64,000 bases of DNA from Deltaproteobacteria bacterium (GTDB lineage: Bacteria > SAR324 > NAC60-12). Of the stretch, positions 43,959 through 53,865 are shown one piece after another; the first letter of the stretch is position 1, and each line of letters starts with the position of its first letter. Made by a program: the position numbers and the translations under genes. Where the stretch lies: contig JAYOTF010000001.1 of assembly GCA_038150265.1 (NCBI GenBank), positions 32,665-96,664 on the forward strand. Reading direction: 5' to 3'. The notes under the pieces are model-generated. The model searched no databases and was not told where the DNA came from. It saw nothing but the letters and a program-made list of their open reading frames with translations.

Positions 43959-45358
43959 CAGGCTTGTACCAGCAGCGATGCCCACGACCGGAGCTTGCTC
44001 TCAATCTCCTGCCACTCCTTTTCAGGTTCGGAGCCCTCGACAACGCCTGCGCCCGTATACACCCGCAGGGTACGGTTGCTCAGGAGTCCGGACCGCAGTG
44101 CAACGGCAAACTCCGCTGCATCTCGACTCACCCAACCAATTGGCCCCGCGTACCACCCGCGGTCAAACGGCTCCAGGCGCCGGATGTGGCCCAAGGCGGC
44201 TTCGTTCGGGGTTCCGGAAACCGCAGGCGTGGGATGAAAGGCCGGGAGCAGGTCTTCATCCTGAACCGTCTCCTGAAGCTTCCCTCGGACCCGGCTCCGG
44301 AGGTGCTGGACGTGAGTCAGTCGCAGGCTTTCCAGGTACGACAGCCGCTCCGAGCCACCGCAGAATTGCTCCAGCAGGGCCTCCAGGCGCGTCAGCACCA
44401 TCAGGTGTTCACGCTGCTCCTTGGGGTGGGTCCGCAGCTCTTCAGCCAGCTGCTCGTCTTCCTCCGGAGTCGCGCCCCGTGGACGTGTGCTGGCCAGAGC
44501 CTCGCTTTGGAGCTGACGCCCTTCACGCTGAAAGAGCCGCTCTGGCGTGATGCCGAGGAAGGCCTGATTCTCCTCACGCTGAAAGCAGAAGTGGAAGGCT
44601 TCCGGAGCCTTCTCACGAAGCGCCCAAAGGAGCTGGACCGGATCTGACGGCGAGGCCAGCTCAAACTCCGCGCACCGGGCGAGGACCACCTTGCTCAGCT
44701 CTCCGGATTCAATCAGCTTCAATCCTTCCGTCACCATGGCCTCCCAGCCTGGCTGCTCAGGATGATTGCGGCGTCGGTGGAAGCTAAACGGAGCCGGGGT
44801 CTGTTCCCATGCAGGGCGCAGAGCGGCCAGGCGCTGACGGAGCATCTTGAGGACGGTCCACTCTTCTGACGGATCCTCCCGCCGGACCACCTGGCAAACC
44901 AACCAGTGCTGGCTCTCTCGCTCTTCCAGCACAATTTCCGGAAGCACAAACCGCGCAGCGCCCCACGCCTGCCACTCCGGAGACAGAAAGGCTTTCGGGT
45001 CAAAGCGCAGGCCTCCCAAAAAGCGAGCCTCTGGAGGCGCCTCCTTGAGCAGGGCTGCCAGCTGATGCATCACCTCGCGGTAAGGCGTTTCTGCAACGGA
45101 TTGGACGCACCACGCCTCACCAATGCCTGCCAATTTTTCACGCTGAGATCGGTCGGTCCAGTAGGTTCGCTGGGGATGCGGCTGAGCCACCAGCCAGCTG
45201 AGGGGGTCCAGAGCCTGGACCGGTTGTTCCAGACGCACCACGGTCTTCGCCTTCTGGGCGGGATGTCCCACCTTGAGCCAGCGGTCAATTTGGTCCAGAA
45301 GCAGCCCCTGAGCCTCTTCCAGGTTGGGGAGCGCAGAATATGCGGGTGCAGACAGCAT
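43958..45358 (-). CDS. menF: Isochorismate synthase
   Basis: KVVLAR, TPERL, EALAST, EQREH, HPTPAV, DRGWYAG, EFAVALRS and GAGVVEGS; in operon with menDB. Confidence 0.92.
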   Translation of the reverse strand: MLSAPAYSALPNLEEAQGLLLDQIDRWLKVGHPAQKAKTVVRLEQPVQALDPLSWLVAQPHPQRTYWTDRSQREKLAGIGEAWCVQSVAETPYREVMHQLAALLKEAPPEARFLGGLRFDPKAFLSPEWQAWGAARFVLPEIVLEERESQHWLVCQVVRREDPSEEWTVLKMLRQRLAALRPAWEQTPAPFSFHRRRNHPEQPGWEAMVTEGLKLIESGELSKVVLARCAEFELASPSDPVQLLWALREKAPEAFHFCFQREENQAFLGITPERLFQREGRQLQSEALASTRPRGATPEEDEQLAEELRTHPKEQREHLMVLTRLEALLEQFCGGSERLSYLESLRLTHVQHLRSRVRGKLQETVQDEDLLPAFHPTPAVSGTPNEAALGHIRRLEPFDRGWYAGPIGWVSRDAAEFAVALRSGLLSNRTLRVYTGAGVVEGSEPEKEWQEIESKLRSWASLLVQA

Positions 45359-45483
45359 GAGGATTCGTTGTTTGATCGTTGGTCTACCAAACAACAGGTT
45401 GGCATTTTTTGCAGAAGAAACAAGGACGGATGTCAGTGCTTTTCCTCCGGAAGACGGGGGTTCGCTCCAGAGGAAATCAGCAC

Positions 45484-46494
45484 TCAGACGACCTCGGAAC
45501 CTCCGGACCCGGCGATCACCAGCTTGCCTTCTTCTTCCAGCTTCTTGACCACTTTGATGATCTTTTGCTGGGCGCCTTCTACGTCTGAAACCTTGACGGG
45601 GCCCAGATTCTCCAGGTCGTCCCGAACCATCTCGGAGGCACGGGATGACATGGAGCTGAAGATCAGCTCACGAACGGCATCACTGGCGGTCTTGAGGGCC
45701 AACACCATGTCTGCCTGGTCCACATCCTTGAGAACCGTTTGCATCTGCTTCGAGTCGATCAACGTGAGATCCTCGAAGGTAAACATCAGCTCACGGATGG
45801 CCTCAGCGAGGTCGGGGTTCGACTCCTCAATCGTTGCCAGGATCCGCGTTTCCGTCGCCTTGTCCACAGCGTTGAGGATTTCTGCAACCGGGGCCACGCC
45901 ACCGACTTTGGTAATGACGGAGCTGGCCGCCTTCATTTCGTCATTGAGGACTTCGTTCAGCTCGGTTACCACCCCAGGCGGAATGCTCTCCAGCGTGGCC
46001 ATCCGGTACATGACATCCGCCTGAAGGTTTTCAGGCAGGGTCCGCAGCACTGAAGACGACTGGTCGACATTGTTGAGGTACGAAAGGATCAGAGCAATGG
46101 TCTGGGGGTGCTCGCTCCGGACGTAGTTGGAGATGGTCACCGGGTCAACGTAACGCAGTGCGTCCAGCCCGCCTTCCTCCTGTCCGGAACGCAGGCTGCC
46201 TTCCAGCTCCTTGGCTTTGTCCGCTCCCAACGCCTTGGTCAGCGCATTCTTGACGAAGTCAGGAGATTTGTCGAGGTAGACCCCTTCTTCCTGCATCACG
46301 GAGTTCCGGTAGAACTCTTCAAGGACGATGTCGATCTCTTCAGGAGAAACATCATTGAAGCGGGTCATGAAGTAACCCACCTGTTGGATCTCCTGCTCGT
46401 CCAGGTTTTTCATGATTTCTGAGGCGCCCTCTTCTCCAAGGGTGAGGAGGAGGATGGCCGCTTTCTTGGGGCCGGTCAGTTTGCCAACGCTCAT
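45484..46494 (-). CDS. fliG: Flagellar motor switch protein FliG
   Basis: KAAILLLTLG, EHPQTIALILS, GG linker, MFTFEDL and GPVKVSDVEGAQ. Confidence 0.96.
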   Translation of the reverse strand: MSVGKLTGPKKAAILLLTLGEEGASEIMKNLDEQEIQQVGYFMTRFNDVSPEEIDIVLEEFYRNSVMQEEGVYLDKSPDFVKNALTKALGADKAKELEGSLRSGQEEGGLDALRYVDPVTISNYVRSEHPQTIALILSYLNNVDQSSSVLRTLPENLQADVMYRMATLESIPPGVVTELNEVLNDEMKAASSVITKVGGVAPVAEILNAVDKATETRILATIEESNPDLAEAIRELMFTFEDLTLIDSKQMQTVLKDVDQADMVLALKTASDAVRELIFSSMSSRASEMVRDDLENLGPVKVSDVEGAQQKIIKVVKKLEEEGKLVIAGSGGSEVV

Positions 46495-46541
46495 GGTACT
46501 CCTTATGGTTCCGCGCTGGCAGTGTGACTAGTGGGGGACAG

Positions 46542-47633
46542 CTACGCGGCTTCCATCAACTTGACAAAGCGTTGGAAGAGGTACTGTGCATCGTGAGGGC
46601 CAGGCGCGGCTTCTGGATGATACTGCACGGAGTATGCCGACCCACTGACCGCTTCAATTCCCTCAACGGTCTGGTCGTTGAGGTTCCGGTGGGTGACCCG
46701 AACACTGGAAGGGAGGGAGTGTTCTTCAACGGAAAACCCGTGGTTGTGGCTGGTGATCTCAATCTTTTCGGTTGCGTAATCCATCACCGGGTGGTTCCCC
46801 CCGTGGTGCCCGCATTCCAACTTGTAGGTCTTGCACCCGAGCGCCAACGACAGGATTTGGTGTCCCAGGCAGATGCCGAAGATCGGCTTTTGGTTCAGCA
46901 ACTCCTTGACCGCCTCCACGGCTTCCGAGACCGCAGCCGGGTCTCCAGGACCGTTGGACAGGAACACGCCATCGGGCTCGAGCGCCAGCACTTCGGCGGC
47001 CGTCGTGTTCCAGGGCACAACCGTGACCGACATGCCCAGGTCTGCCATCAGGCGGAGGATGTTGTGCTTGATGCCAAAGTCGTAGGCCACCACCTTGAAG
47101 CGTGGGGGCGTCCCACTCGACGGCCAGAAGTAGGTCTCTCGGGTCGAAACACGCCGGGCCAGGTTCTGTCCCTCCATCGACGGAAGCGTCAGTGCTTCTT
47201 CCCGGAGGGTGTCCAGGGTTCGGTGAGAGGCAACCGGTGCAATGATGCCGTTGCACTCGCCTCCGGACCGAATGGCGCGGACCAGCGCCCGGGTGTCCAC
47301 TCCTTCCAGAACCGGAATCTTGTTTTCACACAGCCAGTCCTCCAGCGAACTGGAGGCGCGCCAGTTACTGGTCGCCAGGCTCAACTCCTTGACCACGAGC
47401 CCGGCCGCATGCACGGTGGCGGACTCCATGTCTTCCGGGTTGATGCCATAATTCCCAATGTGCGGGTAGGTCATGGTGACAATCTGTCCGGTGTAGGACG
47501 GGTCCGTCAGGATCTCCTGATACCCGGTCAGGGACGTGTTGAAGATCACCTCCCCTTCTGCTTCAAGAGGAGCGCCCCGGAGTTTGCCACGAAAGTACTG
47601 GCCGTTGTTGAGAACGAGCAGGCCGTCGGTCAT
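46542..47633 (-). CDS. carA: Carbamoyl-phosphate synthase small subunit
   Basis: FNTSLTGYQEILTDPSY, LSNGPGDP, GICLGHQ and QYHPEA.PGP.D. Confidence 0.97.
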   Translation of the reverse strand: MTDGLLVLNNGQYFRGKLRGAPLEAEGEVIFNTSLTGYQEILTDPSYTGQIVTMTYPHIGNYGINPEDMESATVHAAGLVVKELSLATSNWRASSSLEDWLCENKIPVLEGVDTRALVRAIRSGGECNGIIAPVASHRTLDTLREEALTLPSMEGQNLARRVSTRETYFWPSSGTPPRFKVVAYDFGIKHNILRLMADLGMSVTVVPWNTTAAEVLALEPDGVFLSNGPGDPAAVSEAVEAVKELLNQKPIFGICLGHQILSLALGCKTYKLECGHHGGNHPVMDYATEKIEITSHNHGFSVEEHSLPSSVRVTHRNLNDQTVEGIEAVSGSAYSVQYHPEAAPGPHDAQYLFQRFVKLMEAA

Positions 47634-47639
47634 GTGATT

Positions 47640-48002
47640 TCAGTCTAGGATGATCAGCTTTTCAGGATCAGGCTTCACCGGCTCCCCTTCTTCAGGCGAG
47701 CAGGACAGAGCCGTTGAGTAAAGAGTAGTGGCCATGCGGTGGGCTTCCGTCCGTTCCACCCGGATGTGGGTTGCCCGCAGGAGGCCCGCCTTGTTTTGCG
47801 TCTTCCGCAGCGCCTGACGGTAGGGGTTGTGTTCCCCCACCAGCGCCACCGCCTTGAGGTCCCCGAGCCGGATGCAATTGGGAGGCAGGATCTCTGCCTG
47901 CATGAGCTGCACCTGCTGTCCCTGCGGAGTCAGTTCCACTGCCAGGGGGCTGCACCCACCCAGCAAGAGGGCGAGGCCGATGATTTTCAGAAACGGTTTC
48001 AT
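47640..48002 (-). CDS. Small lipoprotein, DUF4156-like
   Basis: Lipobox LGGC, LTPQGQQV, C..LG, NKAGLLRATH and a C-terminal Cys. Confidence 0.65.
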   Translation of the reverse strand: MKPFLKIIGLALLLGGCSPLAVELTPQGQQVQLMQAEILPPNCIRLGDLKAVALVGEHNPYRQALRKTQNKAGLLRATHIRVERTEAHRMATTLYSTALSCSPEEGEPVKPDPEKLIILD

Positions 48003-48004
48003 GC

Positions 48005-49879
48005 TTACTCACTGAAGAGGCGTCCGCCTGTTTGCCGAGTCAGGACGTGGAGCCACGCGTCATTGCGGCGCAAGTCATGGGCTTCCAACCAGTCTCCCAC
48101 CACCACCAGAGGCAAGGTGGCGTCTCGCATGTCAGAACAGCCGCAGGAGAGGTTCAGCTCATACTGTCCGGGCGGCAGATCCGACAGACGAATATAGGTG
48201 GTCTGGTTGGAAACTGCCAGCGCTTCCTCATAGACTTTTTGCCCCAGCTGCTGCTCCGTGACAGTCAGTTGCACGGTGTCGGAATGAGTGGGCAGGTGCA
48301 GGGTGCCTTCGATGGATTCAGAACGGTGCCGGGGCCGGAGGGACTGCAAGGCCCAGAACATGCGCTGACGTTCATGAAGCGGCTGGTACAGCAGAGACTG
48401 CCAAAAGAGGGCGTAGCGGTGATCGGTCACGGCACTGGAAGGCTCATACCGCCAGCGCCAGCTGATCGGATCCTCCACCCAATCCACACGGCCCAACCGA
48501 AACGGGGTCCGACGCAAAACCGTGGAAGCGTCCTCCGCCCCCTCCAGTTGCTGAAAGCTCGTCTGCTGCTGCAGGTAATCTGCCGGAAGCAGTGCGGTCT
48601 CGGCAAACTGCCACGTCGGCTCATGGACCGGTTGCAGCTCCAGGCGCTCATCTGCCGTCAGGAACAGCTCCTGATAGCCCTGCCCCGACGACTGCTCTCC
48701 CCCCAGCGCAATGATGCGTCCACCTCCCGCGAGGTAGCGCTGAAACGCACGCTGAAACTCCGGATTCCTCAGGTACTTCTTGATGTCGAAGTTCTGGAAG
48801 ATGACCGTGTCCATCTTGAACAACTCACGCAGAAACAGCTCCCGGACGGGAAACTGAATCAGCGCCAACTCTTCTTCCGGAACATTCTGGGCATCCTCAA
48901 ACGGATCCCGGAGGATGAAGAAGGCGATCAGGTCCAACTCCGGAAGCGTCTTCAGCAAACGCCTCAGGTGCAGCACGTCCCACCCGGGACGCCCAGCGAT
49001 GTGGAGCACCTTCAAGCGAGCCGTCCGGACGGTCAGTGGCAGGTAAGCCAGGTTGTCGTGAACGTTGGCCTCATTGCCGACCGGAATCAGCCTCAGCGAC
49101 AGCAGCGACTCTCCAGTCCGGGTAGGCGTCCACTCCAGCTCAATTTCTTCCTGATGCCGTCCCTGAGGCAGCTGCAGCGACCGTTGGGTCAGGACGGACT
49201 GGCCGTCCATCAGGATCAGGCTGGTCATGGAAGGCGCCTCCAGGTCCGACTGCACCTCCACCACCATCCGTGTGGACTGATTCACAAAGGCCACCCGCGG
49301 GTTCGCCAGCTTCCCGAGCCAGGTCTCCTGACGACGTGGGGGATCCGGGAACCAGGCATGGAGCACCCAGCCAGCTTCCTTTGCGTCCTGAGCCAGGCGA
49401 CGGGGCAGCTCAGCACTCCGGGTGTCGTTGCCATCACTGATCAGCAGCAGCTCGCTCCCCTCCGGAATGCCGCCTTGGCGAATGAACCGCCCCAGGGCCT
49501 CTTGAAGCGGTGACTCTTCCGGAGAGGCACCCGGCTCAAAGAGGTTGAAGTAGTGAGGCTGATGTTCCGGAAAATGCTGGTCCAGCACCCCTTGAAAAGA
49601 CGAAGGCAGCCCTGCGGCCTCCGACCCCTCAGCCGACAGGCTCAGGGTCTGTTGCACACTGGCACTGCGGTCCACCAGCACATACAGGGGCTTGGGGGGA
49701 GGAGCAAAGGTGGCGCTGGCGGCCTCCACCAGCAGCAGCAAGGCGGCCAGGAGGAGGACTCGTCCCCCCAGGCTCGCCCACGACAGGGCATCACGCCGGC
49801 GGCGGAGCAGCACGATGCTGTACCCCGCTGTGGCAACAGCAAGGGCAAACCAGAGGAGGGTGTAGGTAACGGGCATCAC
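48005..49879 (-). CDS. Membrane-anchored protein with vWA-like and glutamine-amidotransferase-like domains
   Basis: Two N-terminal TM helices, VDRSAS and LISDGND (MIDAS-like), Ig-like segment, then LIAFFILR...ELALIQFPVRELF. Confidence 0.75.
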   Translation of the reverse strand: MMPVTYTLLWFALAVATAGYSIVLLRRRRDALSWASLGGRVLLLAALLLLVEAASATFAPPPKPLYVLVDRSASVQQTLSLSAEGSEAAGLPSSFQGVLDQHFPEHQPHYFNLFEPGASPEESPLQEALGRFIRQGGIPEGSELLLISDGNDTRSAELPRRLAQDAKEAGWVLHAWFPDPPRRQETWLGKLANPRVAFVNQSTRMVVEVQSDLEAPSMTSLILMDGQSVLTQRSLQLPQGRHQEEIELEWTPTRTGESLLSLRLIPVGNEANVHDNLAYLPLTVRTARLKVLHIAGRPGWDVLHLRRLLKTLPELDLIAFFILRDPFEDAQNVPEEELALIQFPVRELFLRELFKMDTVIFQNFDIKKYLRNPEFQRAFQRYLAGGGRIIALGGEQSSGQGYQELFLTADERLELQPVHEPTWQFAETALLPADYLQQQTSFQQLEGAEDASTVLRRTPFRLGRVDWVEDPISWRWRYEPSSAVTDHRYALFWQSLLYQPLHERQRMFWALQSLRPRHRSESIEGTLHLPTHSDTVQLTVTEQQLGQKVYEEALAVSNQTTYIRLSDLPPGQYELNLSCGCSDMRDATLPLVVVGDWLEAHDLRRNDAWLHVLTRQTGGRLFSE

Positions 49880-49941
49880 AGTCGTCCAAGTGGGTTGGCC
49901 CTCATTGTTGCTTTAACCCGTCCCAGTTTCAAACATGAATT

Positions 49942-51051
49942 TCAGGAATCGAGACGACAGACCTCCGGGAACTCCTGCAAGAACCGCTGAAACAGCTGCC
50001 ACAGCTCGCTGGCCGACGTCTGTTTGCGGATCTGGCACCGCCCCATGCCAGCGAGCAAAATGAAGCTGACCCCTCCTTCTGCGGCCTTCTTGTCATGAAG
50101 GATGAGGCGCTCAAACTGCTCTGCCGTCAACGAAGGAAGCGTGACCTGTGGAAGCAGCGGCACCAGGAAGTCTCGGACCCGGAGCCAGTTTGCTTCTGAA
50201 AGATGGCTCCACTGCCGAGAGGCAAACGCGGCAAACAGCATCCCGACCCCAACCGCTTCTCCGTGCAGCCAGGTGCCATAACCGGCATGCGTCTCCACCA
50301 GGTGTCCCAGCGTGTGCCCAAAGTTCAGGGTCGCCCGGAGCCCGGCTTCCGTCTCATCCTGCTCCACGACATGCGCTTTGACGCGGCAGGAGCGCCACAC
50401 GGCTTCTTCGAGAAACTCCGGGTTCAGCGGCAGCAGCGGCTGCGTCTCCAGAAAGGCAAGCAGGTCGGCATCGTGAATCAAGCCATGCTTGGCCAGCTCA
50501 AAGTATCCGGCTCTCAGTTCACGTTCCGGAAGCGTCTGGAGGAAGTTCAGGTCGATGCAAACGTGTTCCGGCTGCTTGAACACGCCAATCATGTTCTTCC
50601 CAAGCGGGTGGTTCACGGCCGTCTTCCCGCCGACGCTGCTGTCCACGTGCGCCAGCAGGGTGGTGGGTACCTGAATGAACGGAATGCCCCGCATGAAGGT
50701 CCCTGCGGCAAACCCAACCATGTCTCCAATCACCCCACCGCCAAAGGCGACCAGCAGCGTCTTGCGGTTCGCCGACGCTTCCATGAGGAAGTCATACACC
50801 TGGTTGAGCACTTCCAGCGTCTTGTAGGCTTCCCCGTCCGGAAGCACACAGGTCTGCACCTTCAGGTCCCGACCCGCAAGCGCGTTCTCAATCCAGTTCG
50901 GGTAAAGTGCCGCCAGGGTCGTGTTGGTCACCGCAACCACATGAGTGGCTCCTTGGCGCGCCACTGCAGCCGCCAGGTCTTCCTCCAGCACCGAGGCTCC
51001 GATCGTGATCGCATACTCCCTTCCGGGCAGTTGAACATTGAGTGTCTTCAT
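49942..51051 (-). CDS. aroB: 3-dehydroquinate synthase
   Basis: DGEAYK, GGGVIGD, PTTLLAHVDSSVGGKT, LNFGHTLGH, HGEAV and DKK. Confidence 0.97.
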   Translation of the reverse strand: MKTLNVQLPGREYAITIGASVLEEDLAAAVARQGATHVVAVTNTTLAALYPNWIENALAGRDLKVQTCVLPDGEAYKTLEVLNQVYDFLMEASANRKTLLVAFGGGVIGDMVGFAAGTFMRGIPFIQVPTTLLAHVDSSVGGKTAVNHPLGKNMIGVFKQPEHVCIDLNFLQTLPERELRAGYFELAKHGLIHDADLLAFLETQPLLPLNPEFLEEAVWRSCRVKAHVVEQDETEAGLRATLNFGHTLGHLVETHAGYGTWLHGEAVGVGMLFAAFASRQWSHLSEANWLRVRDFLVPLLPQVTLPSLTAEQFERLILHDKKAAEGGVSFILLAGMGRCQIRKQTSASELWQLFQRFLQEFPEVCRLDS

Positions 51052-51136
51052 ACCGTCTTTCCTGGCAGTGGCTTGACTCTCTGAGTCGTGAGAGTCACGA
51101 TGAATGAGGTTTCACAACAACAATTTGACGAGCGCT

Positions 51137-51469
51137 ATGAACGATAAAGAGTACCTGAAGCGAACCGCTGATCTGTTTCGTGACGTCGAGGATTTTCTGG
51201 GAGACTACGAGGACGAACTGGACTACGACCGGACGGCAGACAAGCTGGAAATTTTGCACGAGGCCAGCCGGCGGAAAATTGTCCTCAATACGCAACGAGC
51301 CATTCATGAGGTCTGGCTGGCGGGCAATGCCCGAGGGTGGCACTTTGGTTTTGATCCGGACCAGGCGGTGTGGTTTGCTCAAGCCGAGCAAGAGGAATTC
51401 TGTGCCTGCTTCTCCCACCTGCTCAGCGAACACCTGGGGCGCCCCGTCCAGTTTGCTCAGTCGGCGTAG
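51137..51469 (+). CDS. cyaY: Iron donor protein CyaY (frataxin)
   Basis: Acidic N-terminal helix and IVLNTQRAIHEVWLA...GWHF; alternative ATG at 51104. Confidence 0.88.
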   Translation: MNDKEYLKRTADLFRDVEDFLGDYEDELDYDRTADKLEILHEASRRKIVLNTQRAIHEVWLAGNARGWHFGFDPDQAVWFAQAEQEEFCACFSHLLSEHLGRPVQFAQSA

Positions 51470-51945
51470 GTCTTTTCCTCAATCTCCAGGATTGCCGAAA
51501 CGGGCAGGGCACCACTTTCCGTGATGGTGCGCCGGGACTTGTCTTTCTGGAAGGCTTCGAATTCCGCGCGGCGTTCCAGAAACTCCCGGTAGCACCGGAC
51601 GTCTGAGACCCGCTTTCGGCAATCCTTGATCCGCATCTCCACCCGCTCAATCAGCTCCCTGGAGCGTTTCTCTTCCTTCAGTTCCAAAAAGGCCTTCCCC
51701 GCCTCCCGATAAAACTCTTCGGCCAGCTCCAGGCGCTTCTCGGCGTCTTCTCGCTTGTTCTTGTACATCGACTCCTCAGCCAGCCGGAAGTTCGACCATG
51801 CGATGTTCCGCATGGTATCCGGTGTGTAGACGCCGCCCTGCTTGGTGCGCTCAAAGTACTCAATGGCCTGCAAAAACGCTTGCTGCGCCATGAAGCGACA
51901 AGCGGTATCGAAGTTGAGCTTAATCGCTGAATCGTTATTCATCAT
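51457..51945 (-). CDS. Hypothetical TPR-like helical protein
   Basis: AIEYFE and AEEFYREA helical-repeat pattern; overlaps the rlmE stop. Confidence 0.65.
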   Translation of the reverse strand: MMNNDSAIKLNFDTACRFMAQQAFLQAIEYFERTKQGGVYTPDTMRNIAWSNFRLAEESMYKNKREDAEKRLELAEEFYREAGKAFLELKEEKRSRELIERVEMRIKDCRKRVSDVRCYREFLERRAEFEAFQKDKSRRTITESGALPVSAILEIEEKTYAD

Positions 51946-52528
51946 TCTGTTTCTGCTGACCCAGTAAAAAAATTTCTACACTCTCCTGTCGGGAGCTTTT
52001 TGGCTTCACGATCTTGACCTGCTGGAAGCGTTCTCGGAAGTACTGCTTCAGTTCTTCAAATGGAGCCCCCTGAAACGCCTTGACCAGCAAGCTGCCCCCT
52101 GGCCGTAAGGTAACGTCAGCCAAGGCCAGCACCTGCAGGTTCAGGGCATGAGATCGATCCGCGTCCATGGAGCGGATTCCGCTGGTTTTGGGGGCCATGT
52201 CGCTCAGGATGAGGTCCACCGGATCCGGAAGCCATTCCGGGTCGACCCCCACCTCAAAGACATCCCCCTGAATGGCACGGGCGTGTTCCGGAAGCTTCAC
52301 CGTGACCGGCTTCAGGTCGAGGCCAATGACTTCCCCCTGAGGCCCAACCCGTTTTGCCGCATACTGCATCCACGAGCCCGGACTGCAGCCCAAATCCAGC
52401 ACGCGCATGCCACTGCGCAGCAGGTGGTGCTTGCGGTCCACCTCTTCCAGTTTGAAGGCGGAGCGGGCCACATAGCCCTGCTGCTTGGCCTTGTGAAAGT
52501 AGTGGTCCTGAACCTTCTTCACAGCCAC
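51935..52528 (-). CDS. rlmE: 23S rRNA Um2552 methyltransferase
   Basis: ARSAFKL, DLGCSPGSW, ILSDMAP, VKAFQG and KPKSSR.ESVE (K-D-K-E tetrad). Confidence 0.95.
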   Translation of the reverse strand: MAVKKVQDHYFHKAKQQGYVARSAFKLEEVDRKHHLLRSGMRVLDLGCSPGSWMQYAAKRVGPQGEVIGLDLKPVTVKLPEHARAIQGDVFEVGVDPEWLPDPVDLILSDMAPKTSGIRSMDADRSHALNLQVLALADVTLRPGGSLLVKAFQGAPFEELKQYFRERFQQVKIVKPKSSRQESVEIFLLGQQKQNDE

Positions 52529-53817
52529 CCCTGATCGGCAAAGCTCACGTAGCGTCCTTCCCCAATGACGAGGTGATCCAGCAGGGGAATCCCCAAAATC
52601 TTCCCAGACTCCACCAGGCGTTCTGTGATGCGGTGATCTTCCGGGGAAGGTTCCGGATCGCCAGAAGGATGATTGTGGAGGCAGATGATCGCAGCCGCTC
52701 GATGCTCCAGGGCGCCGGCAAACACCTCTCGCGGATGGACCAGGCTACGGTTGAGCAAGCCTTGAGTCACCACACGTTCGTCCAGGTACTGATGCTTGTT
52801 GTCGAGAATGACCACGATGAACTGCTCCTGCTTCTTGTCACGCAAGCGCTGTTGAAAATGCTGAAACAGGTCTCGGCTGCTCCGAAACGCCTGCCCCGGC
52901 TGCAAGGCGGTGGTGCCATACCGCTGGCACACCTCCCGGAGGGCATGAAGCCGCCTTCTGAGCTGAGGATCCGACACCTTCAGGTTAAGGTTCTCTGAAG
53001 CCAGGGCGGCGACCAACGGCCGGCCGGTCATCAGAGGCTCCAATGAGGCGAGCTCCCCTTTTTCACACTGCAAAATCCAATCCAGCAGCTCAAGCGTTTC
53101 TTGCGGAAGGTGTCCGGACGGAGCGGTGGTTTCCGGAAGCTGCGACCAGCGACAGCTTGACTGCAGCGGGCACGTGTCACAGCGCGGGACCTTGCCACAA
53201 ATGGCAGCGCTCAGGTGTTCCCACTCGCCTCCAAACCACGCCGCAGCCTGATCGGCCCTTTCCGGCGATGGCCACCCTTCTGCTGCACGACATGCTGCCA
53301 CCCAGGCACGAGCATGACCGGGCGTTTCGGTTCCTTGCTGGTAGCGCGCCCAGGCACGAGCCGCGCTCCAGCGGTACGGAAGTGAAACACCGTGCGCCGC
53401 CAGCCAGCTCACGGCTTCCCAGCTCCTGTCCTCCGGGAACAGCCGCCACCAGGCTTCCAGCACCTCGGGCTCCTGAAATCGCCTCGGATCCAGTTGCGTC
53501 TTCCGGACCAGCGTCAGCAGTTGCTGGAGCCACTGGGTCCAGTGCTCTTCTTCCAGAGTCCAACACTGCCGCACGCCCGCACGGATCTCTTCCTCACGGA
53601 AGTAGGCCGGATCCAAACGCCGGGCCAACTCATAAAAAGGAGCCAACTCCTCGCGGGAAGCATGTGGCGTCCACGGCACTCCAAAAAGCGGGAGGCAGGC
53701 ATCCAGCAACTCGGACACCCAAGTGACGTAACTCCACCCAGGAGCAGGTGCGGGCCTCCTTACCCAGGCTGGAGGCGAGTGCTCCTCAATCCCCTTCAGT
53801 TGTGCAAAGAAATCCAA
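52519..53817 (-). CDS. radC: RadC/JAB-domain protein with long N-terminal extension carrying a 4-Cys motif
   Basis: C-terminal EQF..ILD, VHPREVF, HNHPSGDPEPSPED and LLDHLVIG; upstream CGKVPRCDTCPLQSSC. Confidence 0.88.
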   Translation of the reverse strand: MDFFAQLKGIEEHSPPAWVRRPAPAPGWSYVTWVSELLDACLPLFGVPWTPHASREELAPFYELARRLDPAYFREEEIRAGVRQCWTLEEEHWTQWLQQLLTLVRKTQLDPRRFQEPEVLEAWWRLFPEDRSWEAVSWLAAHGVSLPYRWSAARAWARYQQGTETPGHARAWVAACRAAEGWPSPERADQAAAWFGGEWEHLSAAICGKVPRCDTCPLQSSCRWSQLPETTAPSGHLPQETLELLDWILQCEKGELASLEPLMTGRPLVAALASENLNLKVSDPQLRRRLHALREVCQRYGTTALQPGQAFRSSRDLFQHFQQRLRDKKQEQFIVVILDNKHQYLDERVVTQGLLNRSLVHPREVFAGALEHRAAAIICLHNHPSGDPEPSPEDHRITERLVESGKILGIPLLDHLVIGEGRYVSFADQGWL

Positions 53818-53865
53818 TAAGGGCCTCTTTTCACTGATGTTTGGCGGGTTGAACTGAGTATATAT

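Noticed and set aside
52519..53817. radC as a marker of a prophage or ICE
   Set aside because: It is embedded among housekeeping genes, with no integrase, att repeats or compositional shift, and it carries TCCGGA copies like the core genes.
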